Below are positions 25,483 to 26,404 of a stretch of DNA of 26,404 nt, piece after piece. The notes beneath the pieces are model-generated. The model did not search any database. It had not been told where the DNA came from and worked only from the letters and a program-made list of their open reading frames with translations. The DNA comes from an uncultured Chthoniobacterales bacterium (GTDB lineage: Bacteria; Verrucomicrobiota; Verrucomicrobiia; Chthoniobacterales; UBA10450): NCBI GenBank assembly GCA_955652155.1, contig CATPAT010000139.1:1-26404 (forward strand), written 5' to 3'. A program made the translations under genes and the position numbers. Within the stretch, counting starts at the first letter, position 1, and every line of letters begins with the position of its first letter.

Positions 25483-26201
25483 AGAACGAGCGATGGTCGC
25501 GCATCTTCATCGAGATGAAGCAAGCGATCGGAGAGTTCGTTGAGCGCGAGGCGAACGTCGTGGAAGCGACTGGCTAATCCGGCGAAGACATCGGTGAGTT
25601 CGCAGCGTCGCGCGGTTTCGTGCGAAGCGACAAGCTGATAATTGCTGCGACCGACTTGTTCGTAAAATTCGATGTCGGGCGCACCGCGAAGACTGCGCCG
25701 CTGCGTGTTCTCGTGAAAGATGCCACTGATGAAAAGGGAGTAATTTCCAACGTGCGCGCGCAGGAGGAAAGTTTGCTCGGGCGTGGTGCGGGTGAGTGCG
25801 ATAAGCATGTCGGAAATGTATTCGTGGGCGCGGTTGTTCGCCCCGGCGAATCCGTCCTTTGGCGGATCGATCTTGTTCGGGCTCTGCAATTGGTTCGCAC
25901 GCGAAAAAGTTTCGAGCAGCGAGCCGACATAATCGCAAAGTTTGCGATCACCAATGCCGGCCTGCTGCAAGACGTAGCGGGCGAGAACATAAAAATAGAA
26001 TTGGGACGAGATGTGGAGATGGCCCGCATTGGAAAGAATGGTCTCGACCAGGCGCGGATGATCGAGAATCGAGTCGCGGGTTTCCGAGTCACCGAGAAGA
26101 TCGACCAGGGAAACGCTATCGCCGCGCGAGCGAGCGAGGGTGCGGACAATAAAATCGAAATCCGCGACGGTGAAACGTGCCCGACAATTTGCCCTAATCA
26201 T
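25479..26201 (-). CDS. Conserved-looking helical hypothetical protein
   Basis: 240-aa ORF with FYFYVLAR, HVGNYSLFISGIF and FYEQVGRSNY; translationally coupled to the next gene. Confidence 0.78.
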   Translation of the reverse strand: MIRANCRARFTVADFDFIVRTLARSRGDSVSLVDLLGDSETRDSILDHPRLVETILSNAGHLHISSQFYFYVLARYVLQQAGIGDRKLCDYVGSLLETFSRANQLQSPNKIDPPKDGFAGANNRAHEYISDMLIALTRTTPEQTFLLRAHVGNYSLFISGIFHENTQRRSLRGAPDIEFYEQVGRSNYQLVASHETARRCELTDVFAGLASRFHDVRLALNELSDRLLHLDEDARPSLVL

Positions 26202-26256
26202 CGCACCCTCCGTTCACCAGCATTGACGATGCCGCAGCCAACTTTGTTCGAGGCGA

Positions 26257-26285
26257 CGTTTATTTCGGTTCGCCTCGTTAGTCAA
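26257..26285 (-). promoter_or_regulatory. Putative sigma70 promoter of the 26201 gene cluster
   Basis: TTGACT (26285-26280)-N17-TAAACG (26262-26257). Confidence 0.45.
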
Positions 26286-26385
26286 GAGCGTCCCGTGGGC
26301 GTAATGATTCCGACGCTCGGCGCGGATTTGCAAATGATCGTGCTCGCCTCATAATAAACGCGCTCTTTTCGGAATCGATCAGCAG

Positions 26386-26397
26386 GATGTCGATCTT
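26386..26397 (-). repeat. Dispersed motif core AAGATCGACATC
   Basis: 12-mer at the window edge; context beyond 26404 is unknown. Confidence 0.5.
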
Positions 26398-26404
26398 GCA
26401 AAAA

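Noticed and set aside
26273-26404. Minus-strand open frame FCKIDILLIDSEKSAF...RDALD-stop at the window edge
   Set aside because: It cannot be distinguished from chance without upstream sequence and it overlaps a predicted promoter. If real, the motif copy at 26386 would be coding.

Overview
About 26.4 kb of moderately GC-rich, gene-dense bacterial core chromosome. Gene content and style (exosortase with EpsI-type tail, long CcsA, excisionase-HTH/receiver regulator, GTAG-type intergenic palindromes) suggest a soil Verrucomicrobia of the Chthoniobacterales/Spartobacteria type; this is inference, not a database result. I support about 27 CDS and one tRNA-Val(GAC). They include an exosortase, an Ada/Ogt-type methyltransferase, pdxH, a tetraheme cytochrome c next to resB with ccsA about 10 kb away, hsp20-lon, a D-aminoacylase-like amidohydrolase, arsR with a DUF6428-like gene, gmhA, fumC, and a four-gene cluster of two uncharacterised genes, an MBL hydrolase and a GNAT. 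No integrase, transposase, CRISPR, rRNA or recognisable defence system is visible. The most unusual signals are non-coding. (1) A non-palindromic motif TAAGATCGACAT(CG) recurs, nearly always on the sense strand just after a stop codon, while I found no convincing U-tract terminators. (2) A 27-bp inverted-repeat element is flanked exactly by an 8-bp direct repeat (IS-like scar). (3) There are several REP-like multi-hairpin elements. (4) Repeated -10 boxes lie 6-8 nt before start codons, suggesting leaderless mRNAs. One gene is split by a single-base frameshift.
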